The notes beneath the pieces were generated by a model. The model had not been told where the DNA came from, made no database searches, and saw only the letters and a list, made by a program, of their open reading frames with translations. A program made the position numbers and the translations under genes. From positions 795-64,794 of the forward strand of contig JAFMCI010000003.1 in assembly GCA_017857855.1 (NCBI GenBank): a DNA stretch of 64,000 nt, in the 5' to 3' direction. Shown here in pieces: positions 38,670-46,512 of the stretch. This stretch comes from Bacteroidia bacterium (GTDB taxonomy: Bacteria > Bacteroidota > Bacteroidia > NS11-12g > UBA9320). Every line of letters begins with the position of its first letter. The first letter of the stretch is position 1.

Positions 38670-39503
38670 ATGAAGAAAACATTTGTAATATTTATAAGTT
38701 TATTGCTTGTTGTCCTTTCAGCTCAAGCACAATCAAGTAAATTTGAGGATTATACATACCCTCACACCGCTGTTAAGGAACGTAAAGCCGTTCCGTATCG
38801 TTATATTAGAGAAGCTAATGTAAAGTGGAGTAAACGTATCGAGCGAGTTATTGATGTTCGTGAAAAGCAGAATAAAATTATTCATTGGCCACGTAATCCT
38901 TTCTATTTAATAGTATGGAATGCAGCCATGGATGGAAGTGTTCCTGCTTATCGCGATGATTCTTTGACAAGTATTTTAACTCCTGAAGATATTACCAAAA
39001 TGGCTAGTATCGAAAGTACTGTTAGTGTACCTAATCCAGATAATCCAGATGATCCATACGATTTGATACAAATCACCGTTACAGAGACTTATAGTCCCTC
39101 TAAAATAGAGAAGTACCGTATTATGGAAGACTGGATATTTGATTACAATTATTCTGACTTTAGAGCTAGAATTATTGCCATCGCTCCTTTATGGAGACCA
39201 CTCACAGAGTCAGGATTAGAGCTTGGTGAAGTACCATTGTTTTGGTTAAAAATGGATGATATCCGTGAAAAAATGTCTCAAGAAGAAGTTTTTAACTCTA
39301 AAAATAATGCCGCTCGAATGAGCTTTGATCATTGGTTTCAGACCAGACAATTCAGTAGCTATATAGTAAAAGAAAGTAATCCTTACGATATAGATATTGC
39401 GCAGTTTGACGAATACAAAGATGATGGAGTTGAAGCATTGTTAAAAAATGATGAGATTAAAAATGATTTATTTATTCTAGAACACGATCTTTGGGAATAC
39501 TAA
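38670..39503 (+). CDS. gldN: gliding motility / T9SS protein GldN (PorN)
   Basis: Signal peptide MKKTFVIFISLLLVVLSAQAQ from the ATG at 38670 (track TTG at 38649). 'IMEDWIFD'. Last gene of the K-L-M-N block. Confidence 0.88.
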   Translation: MKKTFVIFISLLLVVLSAQAQSSKFEDYTYPHTAVKERKAVPYRYIREANVKWSKRIERVIDVREKQNKIIHWPRNPFYLIVWNAAMDGSVPAYRDDSLTSILTPEDITKMASIESTVSVPNPDNPDDPYDLIQITVTETYSPSKIEKYRIMEDWIFDYNYSDFRARIIAIAPLWRPLTESGLELGEVPLFWLKMDDIREKMSQEEVFNSKNNAARMSFDHWFQTRQFSSYIVKESNPYDIDIAQFDEYKDDGVEALLKNDEIKNDLFILEHDLWEY

Positions 39504-39524
39504 TTTCAAAGACTTAAATAATCT

Positions 39525-39561
39525 AAAATGCGATTTGCTAAAGCAAATCGCATTTTTTTTT
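39525..39561 (+). terminator. rho-independent terminator after gldN
   Basis: aaaatgcgatttgc (39525-39538) / loop taaa / gcaaatcgcatttt (39543-39556), running into a 9-T tract (39553-39561). Confidence 0.8.
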
Positions 39562-40811
39562 GCTCCATATATAACAACAGAGCATTTTCGTTTGACCTAA
39601 ACAAGGTATTAAACCCATATCTTCGCGTCATCAAAAAATCATTCTTAAACCATATAGCACAAACCTCTCCTACTCCTCCGATGTACCAATTTGTGAGAGG
39701 AGATGGCATATACCTATTTGATAGGTCGAATAATGCTTATGTGGATCTCATTAGCGGTATTGCCGTAAATAACTTGGGACACAATAACAAGAAAGTAATA
39801 CAAGCTATTAAAAAACAGGTAGACAAGTATAGCCATCAAATGGTTTACGGTGAATATGTTATCGGCCCGCAAATAAAATTAGCGAAAAGACTATCTAAAT
39901 TATTACCTGATACACTAAACACCTTCTACTTTCTAAACAGCGGCAGTGAAGCGGTTGAAGGAGCGCTCAAACTTGCCAAAAAATATACAGGACGATCTAA
40001 ACTAGTTGCCATGAAAAATGCCTACCACGGCAGTACGAGCGGAGCTCTAAGTATGATGAGTGACGAGTATTATTCTGGACCGTTCAAGCCATTGTTACCC
40101 AACATCCATTTTGCAGAGTTGAATGAGCTAGCTACTCTAGATATAATAGATGAGCAGACGGCAGCCGTATTCATAGAACCTATCCAATCTGAAAAAGGCT
40201 ATATCCCCGTAACCCAAATATTCTTAAATGCACTGCGTACCAAGTGTAATGAAACAGGTACTCTTCTCGTTTTTGACGAGATACAAAGCGGTATAGGACG
40301 TACCGGAAAACTATATGCCTTTGAGCACTATAATGTGGTGCCAGATATACTGCTAAGTGCCAAGGCTCTGGGCGGCGGAATGCCGATTGGCGTATTTATC
40401 TCATCTAAAGAAATAATGAAGAGTCTTAGTGATAATCCTATACTTGGTCACATTACCACCTTTGGTGGGCATCCAGTGAGCTGTGCTGCGGGAAATGCTG
40501 CTCTTAAGTTTCTAACTACAAGTAGCTTGATGGACGAAGTAGCCGAGAAAGAAGCACTCTTCCGCGAACTACTCGTACACCCCAAAATAAAAGGAATCAG
40601 CGGCGTGGGACTTATGCTGGCCGTTCAACTCGAAAATTTTGAAGAAGTAGAACGTACCATGAAGCGTTGCATCGAACGAGGTGTTATCATTGATTGGTTT
40701 TTATATAACACAGATTGCTTGCGTATTGCGCCACCGCTTATCATTACCAAGAAGCAGATCAGAGAAGTTTGTGAGGTCTTAAAGGAGGCACTTGATGCAG
40801 ATGAAGAATAA
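39528..40811 (+). CDS. class-III (acetylornithine/GABA-type) pyridoxal-phosphate aminotransferase; start codon uncertain
   Basis: 'LNSGSEAVEGALKLAKK', 'DEIQSGIGRTG', PLP-lysine region 'SAKALGGG'. The ATG at 39528 lies in the terminator stem and the next ATG is at 39681. Confidence 0.8.
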   Translation: MRFAKANRIFFCSIYNNRAFSFDLNKVLNPYLRVIKKSFLNHIAQTSPTPPMYQFVRGDGIYLFDRSNNAYVDLISGIAVNNLGHNNKKVIQAIKKQVDKYSHQMVYGEYVIGPQIKLAKRLSKLLPDTLNTFYFLNSGSEAVEGALKLAKKYTGRSKLVAMKNAYHGSTSGALSMMSDEYYSGPFKPLLPNIHFAELNELATLDIIDEQTAAVFIEPIQSEKGYIPVTQIFLNALRTKCNETGTLLVFDEIQSGIGRTGKLYAFEHYNVVPDILLSAKALGGGMPIGVFISSKEIMKSLSDNPILGHITTFGGHPVSCAAGNAALKFLTTSSLMDEVAEKEALFRELLVHPKIKGISGVGLMLAVQLENFEEVERTMKRCIERGVIIDWFLYNTDCLRIAPPLIITKKQIREVCEVLKEALDADEE

Positions 40812-40964
40812 ACATTCTAATAAATAAAAGGATAGTTAAACTTGCTTAAACATAAGATCTTGTCCATAGCTATTTTACGCTTAAACCTGTAGCTCCCCAG
40901 AATTATATGCTTAGTGAAAGGTTTTATAAACTCATTTAACTCTAATTTGTTAATCTAATATACA

Positions 40965-42056
40965 GTGATCGGATTTCAATTTTCTAAATATATTCCAACC
41001 AAGCTTGATGGCAGCAATTTTGATAATTTGCTGGACCTATTCAAGCAATTACTTCTTTATACTAGTGGTGACCCTGCTGAGGCTATTGATTGGATGAATG
41101 AACTGGATAAACAGCACAACGTAACCAATAGCGAATATGGTATGGGTGACTTTATTCAAGATTTAAAAGATAAAGGCTTTTTAGATGAAGGCGAACATAC
41201 AGGTGAATATGAAATCACACCTAAAATGGAGCAGGCTATCCGTAAAAATGCACTCGAAGAAGTTTTTGGAAAGCTCAAAAAAAGTGGAAAGGGAAATCAT
41301 AAGACACGATTTACAGGCATTGGTGATGAGAATACAGGAGATGTGCGCAACTATCAATTTGGGGACAGTTTAGATCAAATCGCATTGACTGAAAGTATAA
41401 AAAATGCTCAGCTGACGCGCGGAGATTCAGGTTTTATGAGCACCGAAGATTTAGTTGTAACTGAAAAAGAATACAAAACACAAACTAGTACCGTACTCAT
41501 GATTGACATCAGCCATAGTATGATACTTTATGGAGAAGATAGAATTACACCCGCTAAGCGCGTTGCCCTAGCTCTGGCCGAATATATCAAAACACAATTT
41601 CCCAAAGACACACTCGACATCATTGTTTTTGGAAATGATGCTTGGCAAATAACGCTTAAAGAATTACCTTACCTAAAGGTAGGTCCTTTTCACACCAATA
41701 CCGTAGCAGGATTACAACTGGCAAGAGAAATTCTGAGAAGAAAACGGAATCCAAACAAGCAAATATTTATGATAACTGATGGCAAGCCTAGCTGCTTAAA
41801 AGAGGGTATAAAGTATTATAAAAACAGTTTTGGGTTAGACAAGAAGATTGTGAACAAGTGCTATAATGAAGCTGCTGCTTGTCGGCGATTAGGAATACCC
41901 ATCACCACGTTTATGATAGCACAAGATCCATATCTTCAGCAGTTTGTTGAAGAATTTACGGAAACAAATAAAGGAAAAGCATTTTTTACAGGTCTCCAAG
42001 GTTTAGGAGAGATTGTATTTACTGATTACGCGAAGAACAAGAGGAAGAGAATGTAA
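40965..42056 (+). CDS. cytoplasmic von Willebrand factor type A (vWA) domain protein
   Basis: MIDAS 'MIDISHSM' (DxSxS) and 'FMITDGKPS', with a ~165-aa N-terminal helical region. GTG start. No signal peptide. Confidence 0.8.
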   Translation: MIGFQFSKYIPTKLDGSNFDNLLDLFKQLLLYTSGDPAEAIDWMNELDKQHNVTNSEYGMGDFIQDLKDKGFLDEGEHTGEYEITPKMEQAIRKNALEEVFGKLKKSGKGNHKTRFTGIGDENTGDVRNYQFGDSLDQIALTESIKNAQLTRGDSGFMSTEDLVVTEKEYKTQTSTVLMIDISHSMILYGEDRITPAKRVALALAEYIKTQFPKDTLDIIVFGNDAWQITLKELPYLKVGPFHTNTVAGLQLAREILRRKRNPNKQIFMITDGKPSCLKEGIKYYKNSFGLDKKIVNKCYNEAAACRRLGIPITTFMIAQDPYLQQFVEEFTETNKGKAFFTGLQGLGEIVFTDYAKNKRKRM

Positions 42057-42166
42057 GAATCATCTAAGATTACTGGTTCGAGATATAAGAATTGATACTC
42101 ATTATTAAATCCAGTATCGAAGCAAAAATTAATCAATACCTCAAACTAAAAGCACAAAATATATTA

Positions 42167-43657
42167 ATGAAACAAACTACACTTGGCGAACTAAAAGCCA
42201 GCGGCTACAAGCCCCTTACCATAAAAGAAGAATTAAGGTTAAATCTTAGAAAAAAACTCGCGAAGAAAGAACCGATATTCACGGGAATAATGGGATACGA
42301 GCATTCCGTGATTCCAGATTTTGAACGCGCAATATTAAGTGGTCACAGTATCAACCTACTAGGTCTTCGTGGACAAGCCAAAACCAAAATGGCACGTCAA
42401 CTCACAGGATTACTAAATGAATACATACCCTACATAGCAGGAAGTGAGATTAACGACGACCCCTTCGCCCCTATTTCATACTTCGGCAAGCTTCAGCTGC
42501 AAGAACAAGGTGATAATACGCCCATTGCTTGGTTACATCGAGATGATCGCTATGTGGAGAAATTAGCAACTCCAGATGTTTCTGTTGCTGACTTGATTGG
42601 TGACGTAGATCCGATAAAAGCTATTAATGAAAAACTAAGTTACAACGATGAAAGAGTAATTCATTATGGCATAATACCCAGAGCAAACCGCTGCATTTTT
42701 GTCATTAATGAATTACCCGATTTACAGCCGAGAATACAAGTCGCTTTGTTCAATATTCTGCAAGAAGGGGACATTCAAATACGTGGTTTTAAAATGAGGA
42801 TGGTCTTAGATATGCAATTTGTGTTTACTGCTAATCCGGAAGATTATACCAATAGAGGCAGTATAGTAACGCCGCTTAAAGATAGAATTGGAAGTCAAAT
42901 TCTAACTCACTATCCAAAGAGTTTAGCCATGAGTAAATTGATAACCTCTCAGGAAGCTAAAAAGGATGTAGAAAAAGAGAAGGTAGTCTCTATGCATGAC
43001 TTAATTCCAACCCTCATAGAAAGGGTGGTTATAGAAGCACGTACCAGCGAGTTTGTAGATGCTAAGAGTGGTGTTTCTGCTCGTTTAGCCATATCTGCGT
43101 TAGAGAACATCTATAGTGGTGTAGAAAGACGAGTAGCTATAAACGGTGACAAAAAATCTTTGGTTAGAATTAGCGATTTAGTTAGCATAATCCCTGCTAT
43201 TACTGGTAAAATAGAAATGGTTTACGAAGGAGAACAAGAAGGACCACTTAACGTTGCTAATCAGTTGATTGGAAAAGCAATTCGATCAGAATTCATCCAA
43301 CACTTTCCAAATCCAGAGAAGCTAAAACGCAAAAAAAACAAAGAGGAAAATGACCTAAGCGATGGGAAGATAAACAATGAAGACGCTTTTGGAAGAATTA
43401 CTGCTTGGTTTGAGCGCGGTAAGACCCTTGAACTTCATAATGATGCTAGCGATAAAGAGTATGGTAGAATCTTAAATTCGGTCGACGGTTTAGCCTTATT
43501 TATTGATGAACATATGCCGGATGCAAGACCTATTGAAAAAATGTTGTGGATGGAATTTGTGCTTCACGGACTTGCGGAGTACTCTAAACTTAGTAAAAAT
43601 AATATGGATGAAGGAATCGAGTTTAAGGATTTATTGGGTAGCATGCTAAATTTTTAA
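42167..43657 (+). CDS. ChlI/MoxR-like AAA+ ATPase (often auto-annotated as Mg-chelatase-like or sigma-54-interaction domain protein)
   Basis: 'LLGLRGQAKTKMAR' (Walker A variant), 'CIFVINELPDL' (Walker B variant), 'FTANPEDY' sensor-1 and 'PLKDRIG', followed by a ~240-aa C-terminal region of unknown type. ATG at 42167 (track TTG at 42092). Confidence 0.75.
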   Translation: MKQTTLGELKASGYKPLTIKEELRLNLRKKLAKKEPIFTGIMGYEHSVIPDFERAILSGHSINLLGLRGQAKTKMARQLTGLLNEYIPYIAGSEINDDPFAPISYFGKLQLQEQGDNTPIAWLHRDDRYVEKLATPDVSVADLIGDVDPIKAINEKLSYNDERVIHYGIIPRANRCIFVINELPDLQPRIQVALFNILQEGDIQIRGFKMRMVLDMQFVFTANPEDYTNRGSIVTPLKDRIGSQILTHYPKSLAMSKLITSQEAKKDVEKEKVVSMHDLIPTLIERVVIEARTSEFVDAKSGVSARLAISALENIYSGVERRVAINGDKKSLVRISDLVSIIPAITGKIEMVYEGEQEGPLNVANQLIGKAIRSEFIQHFPNPEKLKRKKNKEENDLSDGKINNEDAFGRITAWFERGKTLELHNDASDKEYGRILNSVDGLALFIDEHMPDARPIEKMLWMEFVLHGLAEYSKLSKNNMDEGIEFKDLLGSMLNF

Positions 43658-43695
43658 TACAACATACTACTCATAAATCATTCAGAATTAGTACC

Positions 43696-43860
43696 TTAAT
43701 CTAGGGCCTCTATCTTTTGAAGAACGGCATTTGCTTCTGCTGTTTTAGCATCTGACGCTGTTCTGTTAACTGTACTTAATTTATATGCTTCAGCTAATAA
43801 CTGTTCATACTGCTCTTCTAATTTTTCTTTTTCTGATTTCTTTTTGAATAATCCAAACAT
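43696..43860 (-). CDS. Lacal_2735-family small protein
   Basis: 54 aa from the ATG at 43860: 'MFGLFKKKSEKEKLEEQYEQLL.EA..LS..NR..SD' matches my recollection of this Bacteroidota-only family. Confidence 0.6.
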   Translation of the reverse strand: MFGLFKKKSEKEKLEEQYEQLLAEAYKLSTVNRTASDAKTAEANAVLQKIEALD

Positions 43861-43996
43861 AATATAACAACAGATTTTTGCTAAATTAGATTTAGATCTG
43901 TAAAAAAAGGTATCGAAATAGCTAAAGTGAAGACACAATTACTGAAAAGTATAGCGCTGATTCCCGACATTTACTTCCTAAGGGGATTTCCTGCTA

Positions 43997-44176
43997 CTAC
44001 CTTTTAACTTTTGTATCAAATAGCCCTTCTTGTCTACCTTTCTTTTTTTTGACTTTTTTTGGATTAAACCCTTCCATACTATCGTCAAATGTGGCGCAAT
44101 GCTTGGCTTTACAAGCAGATATACCGCCTATAGTAAAGACTAATAAGAAAATATATGTGATAGTGCTCTTTTTCAT
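43997..44176 (-). CDS. unlisted 59-codon ORF: small lipoprotein with basic tail
   Basis: Hand translation gives MKKSTITYIFLLVFTIGGISACKAKHCATFDDSMEGFNPKKVKKKKGRQEGLFDTKVKR*. Lipobox 'GISAC'. It lies between the yceI terminator and the Lacal_2735 gene and is below the 60-aa cutoff of the track. Confidence 0.4.
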   Translation of the reverse strand: MKKSTITYIFLLVFTIGGISACKAKHCATFDDSMEGFNPKKVKKKKGRQEGLFDTKVKR

Positions 44177-44220
44177 AATAACAAATGTACCATGCTTAAT
44201 CCATACAATTACGCAAAAAA

Positions 44221-44250
44221 AAGGCTGTGTGAACTAAATCACACAGCCTT
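44221..44250 (-). terminator. rho-independent terminator of the YceI-like gene
   Basis: Perfect 12-bp stem aaggctgtgtga / tcacacagcctt with a 6-nt loop. T-run on the minus strand (plus-strand A-run 44214-44220). Confidence 0.75.
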
Positions 44251-44278
44251 ATATTTCAATTGCTCTATTGAAACGAAA

Positions 44279-44902
44279 TTATTTAGTTGCTTTCAGAGAA
44301 ACACTTAAAGTAACGATATCATCAATAACGTAATCTCCTAAGTTTTGAAAGAAATTACCACTATTGTAGGTGATTCCCCATATAGTTCTGTCAAAAGTGA
44401 ACGTAGAAGATGCCGTTACACCATTCTCGTCTGTTGTCATGGTATATGGTATAGTTACAGATTTGGTGACATCTTTAATGGTCAAATTTCCAGTTAAACT
44501 ATCAGCAGTTCCTGCAGTCACTGTAAAACTTGCTGTAGGATATTTTTCTACTTCAAAAAAGTCGCCTGTAGTTAAATGACCAGCTAGCTTTGCTTTTGAT
44601 TCAGCATCCATTCCTTCATCATTAACAGTTAGCTTTGTTAAGTCAATTACAAAATTTCCGGCAGTAACGATACCATTTTCAGTAGAAAGAGTACCTTCTT
44701 TTACCGCTGCAGTTCCTACGTGCGATCCTGTAGGTTTTGTACCATTCCATTTAACAGCACTTTCTGATGCTGAAACCGTGTATGTTGTGTTTGATTCTGA
44801 TGCATTTGCAGCGTCTTGAGCATCACCTGCTTCTGTAGTTGATCCTGTTCCGCAAGCCATAAACATAGCTGCAATGGCTGATAGTAATATTATTTTTTTC
44901 AT
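44279..44902 (-). CDS. YceI-family lipoprotein
   Basis: Lipobox 'FMACG' from the ATG at 44902. 'VKWNGTKPTGSHVGT' and an all-beta YceI-like length. Confidence 0.8.
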   Translation of the reverse strand: MKKIILLSAIAAMFMACGTGSTTEAGDAQDAANASESNTTYTVSASESAVKWNGTKPTGSHVGTAAVKEGTLSTENGIVTAGNFVIDLTKLTVNDEGMDAESKAKLAGHLTTGDFFEVEKYPTASFTVTAGTADSLTGNLTIKDVTKSVTIPYTMTTDENGVTASSTFTFDRTIWGITYNSGNFFQNLGDYVIDDIVTLSVSLKATK

Positions 44903-44967
44903 TGGGTATTTAATTTCAGTGCAAATATACATGTATATACATATATATTACAATAACCAACTGTAAA

Positions 44968-45001
44968 CTGAAAAAGAGCCACCTAAGTAGCTCTTTTTCA
45001 G
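44968..45001 (-). terminator. rho-independent terminator after floA
   Basis: Perfect 12-bp stem ctgaaaaagagc (44968-44979) / gctctttttcag (44990-45001) with a 10-nt loop and T-rich flanks. Confidence 0.7.
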
Positions 45002-45022
45002 TTTTTAAAAATAATAATAAAA

Positions 45023-45988
45023 CTATTTCTTCTTAGTCCCAGGTTTAGATATACTATCGCGCATGTCAGTATCTGCTTGAATATTTTGCATTTTATAGTA
45101 ATCCATAATACCTAGGTTGCCGCTTCTAAAAGCATCCGCAATGGCCTTTGGAATTTCAGATTCCGCCAGTATAACTTGTGCTCTTGCTTCCTGAGCTTTT
45201 GATTTCATTTCTTGCTCACTAGCCACAGCCATTGCACGTCTCTCTTCTGCTTTTGCATTAGCTACTTTTAAGTCTGCTTCAGCTTGATCCGTCTGCAGCT
45301 CTGCTCCAATATTTTTTCCTATATCAATATCTGCAATATCAATAGAAAGAATCTCGAATGCTGTGCCAGCATCTAGTCCTTTTGCTAGTACCGTCTTAGA
45401 GATCATATCAGGATTCTCAAGTACCGCCTTATGGCTTGTAGCAGATCCTATGGTAGTAACTATACCCTCACCAACTCTGGCTAGAATTGTATCTTCCCCA
45501 GCTCCTCCAACAAGTTGAGCGATATTAGCTCTAACGGTTACTCTTGCTTTTGCGATAAGCTGAATACCGTCTTTAGCCACGGCTGCCACAGGTGGAGTAT
45601 TAATAACTCTTGGGTTTACTGACAACTGGACTGCATCTGCAACATCTCTTCCTGCTAAATCAATAGCTGCTGCCATATTAAAGCCCAGTGGTATATTAGC
45701 CTTGTCTGCAGAGATTAATGCTCTAACTACATTGTTTACATTACCGCCAGCCATAAAATGTGTCTCCAAGTCATTAGCTGTAACAGGAATACCTGCTTTA
45801 TTTGCAGTTATAAGTGCGTTTATCACCAATGAAGGTGGCACTTTTCTTATCCTCATGAATACAAGTTGTAGTATCCCAACTTTAACATTAGATACTTGAG
45901 CTGTAATCCATAGTCCCACTGGGACAAAGTACATGAACAGGAAAAAAAGTAAAATTCCTCCGGCTAAAAATGGCAAAAATGATGGCAT
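45023..45988 (-). CDS. floA: flotillin-like protein FloA (SPFH, UPF0365)
   Basis: Near-collinear similarity to Bacillus YqfA/FloA as recalled: '[16 protein letters not shown]', '[22 protein letters not shown]', '[26 protein letters not shown]'. Confidence 0.92.
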   Translation of the reverse strand: MPSFLPFLAGGILLFFLFMYFVPVGLWITAQVSNVKVGILQLVFMRIRKVPPSLVINALITANKAGIPVTANDLETHFMAGGNVNNVVRALISADKANIPLGFNMAAAIDLAGRDVADAVQLSVNPRVINTPPVAAVAKDGIQLIAKARVTVRANIAQLVGGAGEDTILARVGEGIVTTIGSATSHKAVLENPDMISKTVLAKGLDAGTAFEILSIDIADIDIGKNIGAELQTDQAEADLKVANAKAEERRAMAVASEQEMKSKAQEARAQVILAESEIPKAIADAFRSGNLGIMDYYKMQNIQADTDMRDSISKPGTKKK

Positions 45989-46001
45989 AATTTTTTTTAA
46001 T

Positions 46002-46469
46002 TTAAATATTTATTTTTTTAATGAAAATTTTATGATCAATACGTTGAACAACTTCAATAGTTTGATTGGCGGGTATAAAATCACCATCAGCTATTACTTC
46101 TACTTTTTGATCATTGATAGACGCAGTTCCTGATGGTCGTAATGCACTAATAGTTATTCCTGTATCTCCGACATTAACACTTATTTGGTCGAGGTTATTT
46201 GCCTTACCAATTATAGTATCCTTGCTCGCAAATCTATTCCATGCCCCGTCTCTAAAGGAGAAAAACAAAGCTATCGCTACAAACACCGATGAAGATATCA
46301 AAATAACGTTACCTGTACTTGACCCAAGAGTGTTATAACCTCCATAAACCCCAATACCTAGCAAAATGAATCCGATTGTACCTACAATGATTCCCGGAGT
46401 AATAAAAATCTCAATCAGTATTAAGATAATACCCACAAGAATCAAAGCTATTATTAGAGATAATGTCAT
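46002..46469 (-). CDS. NfeD-family membrane protein
   Basis: Three N-terminal TM helices plus a C-terminal OB-like '[32 protein letters not shown]'. Located 13 nt upstream of floA. Confidence 0.8.
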   Translation of the reverse strand: MTLSLIIALILVGIILILIEIFITPGIIVGTIGFILLGIGVYGGYNTLGSSTGNVILISSSVFVAIALFFSFRDGAWNRFASKDTIIGKANNLDQISVNVGDTGITISALRPSGTASINDQKVEVIADGDFIPANQTIEVVQRIDHKIFIKKINI

Positions 46470-46512
46470 TTATTTTGCGGCTAAGTTACAAAATAATGCT
46501 CAGAATAGGGCA

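Noticed and set aside
44049-44237. 62-aa plus-strand ORF listed in the track.
   Set aside because: It has a TTG start and a featureless hydrophobic translation, and its 3' end runs through the yceI terminator stem. The minus-strand 59-codon lipoprotein ORF over the same DNA is the more credible reading.
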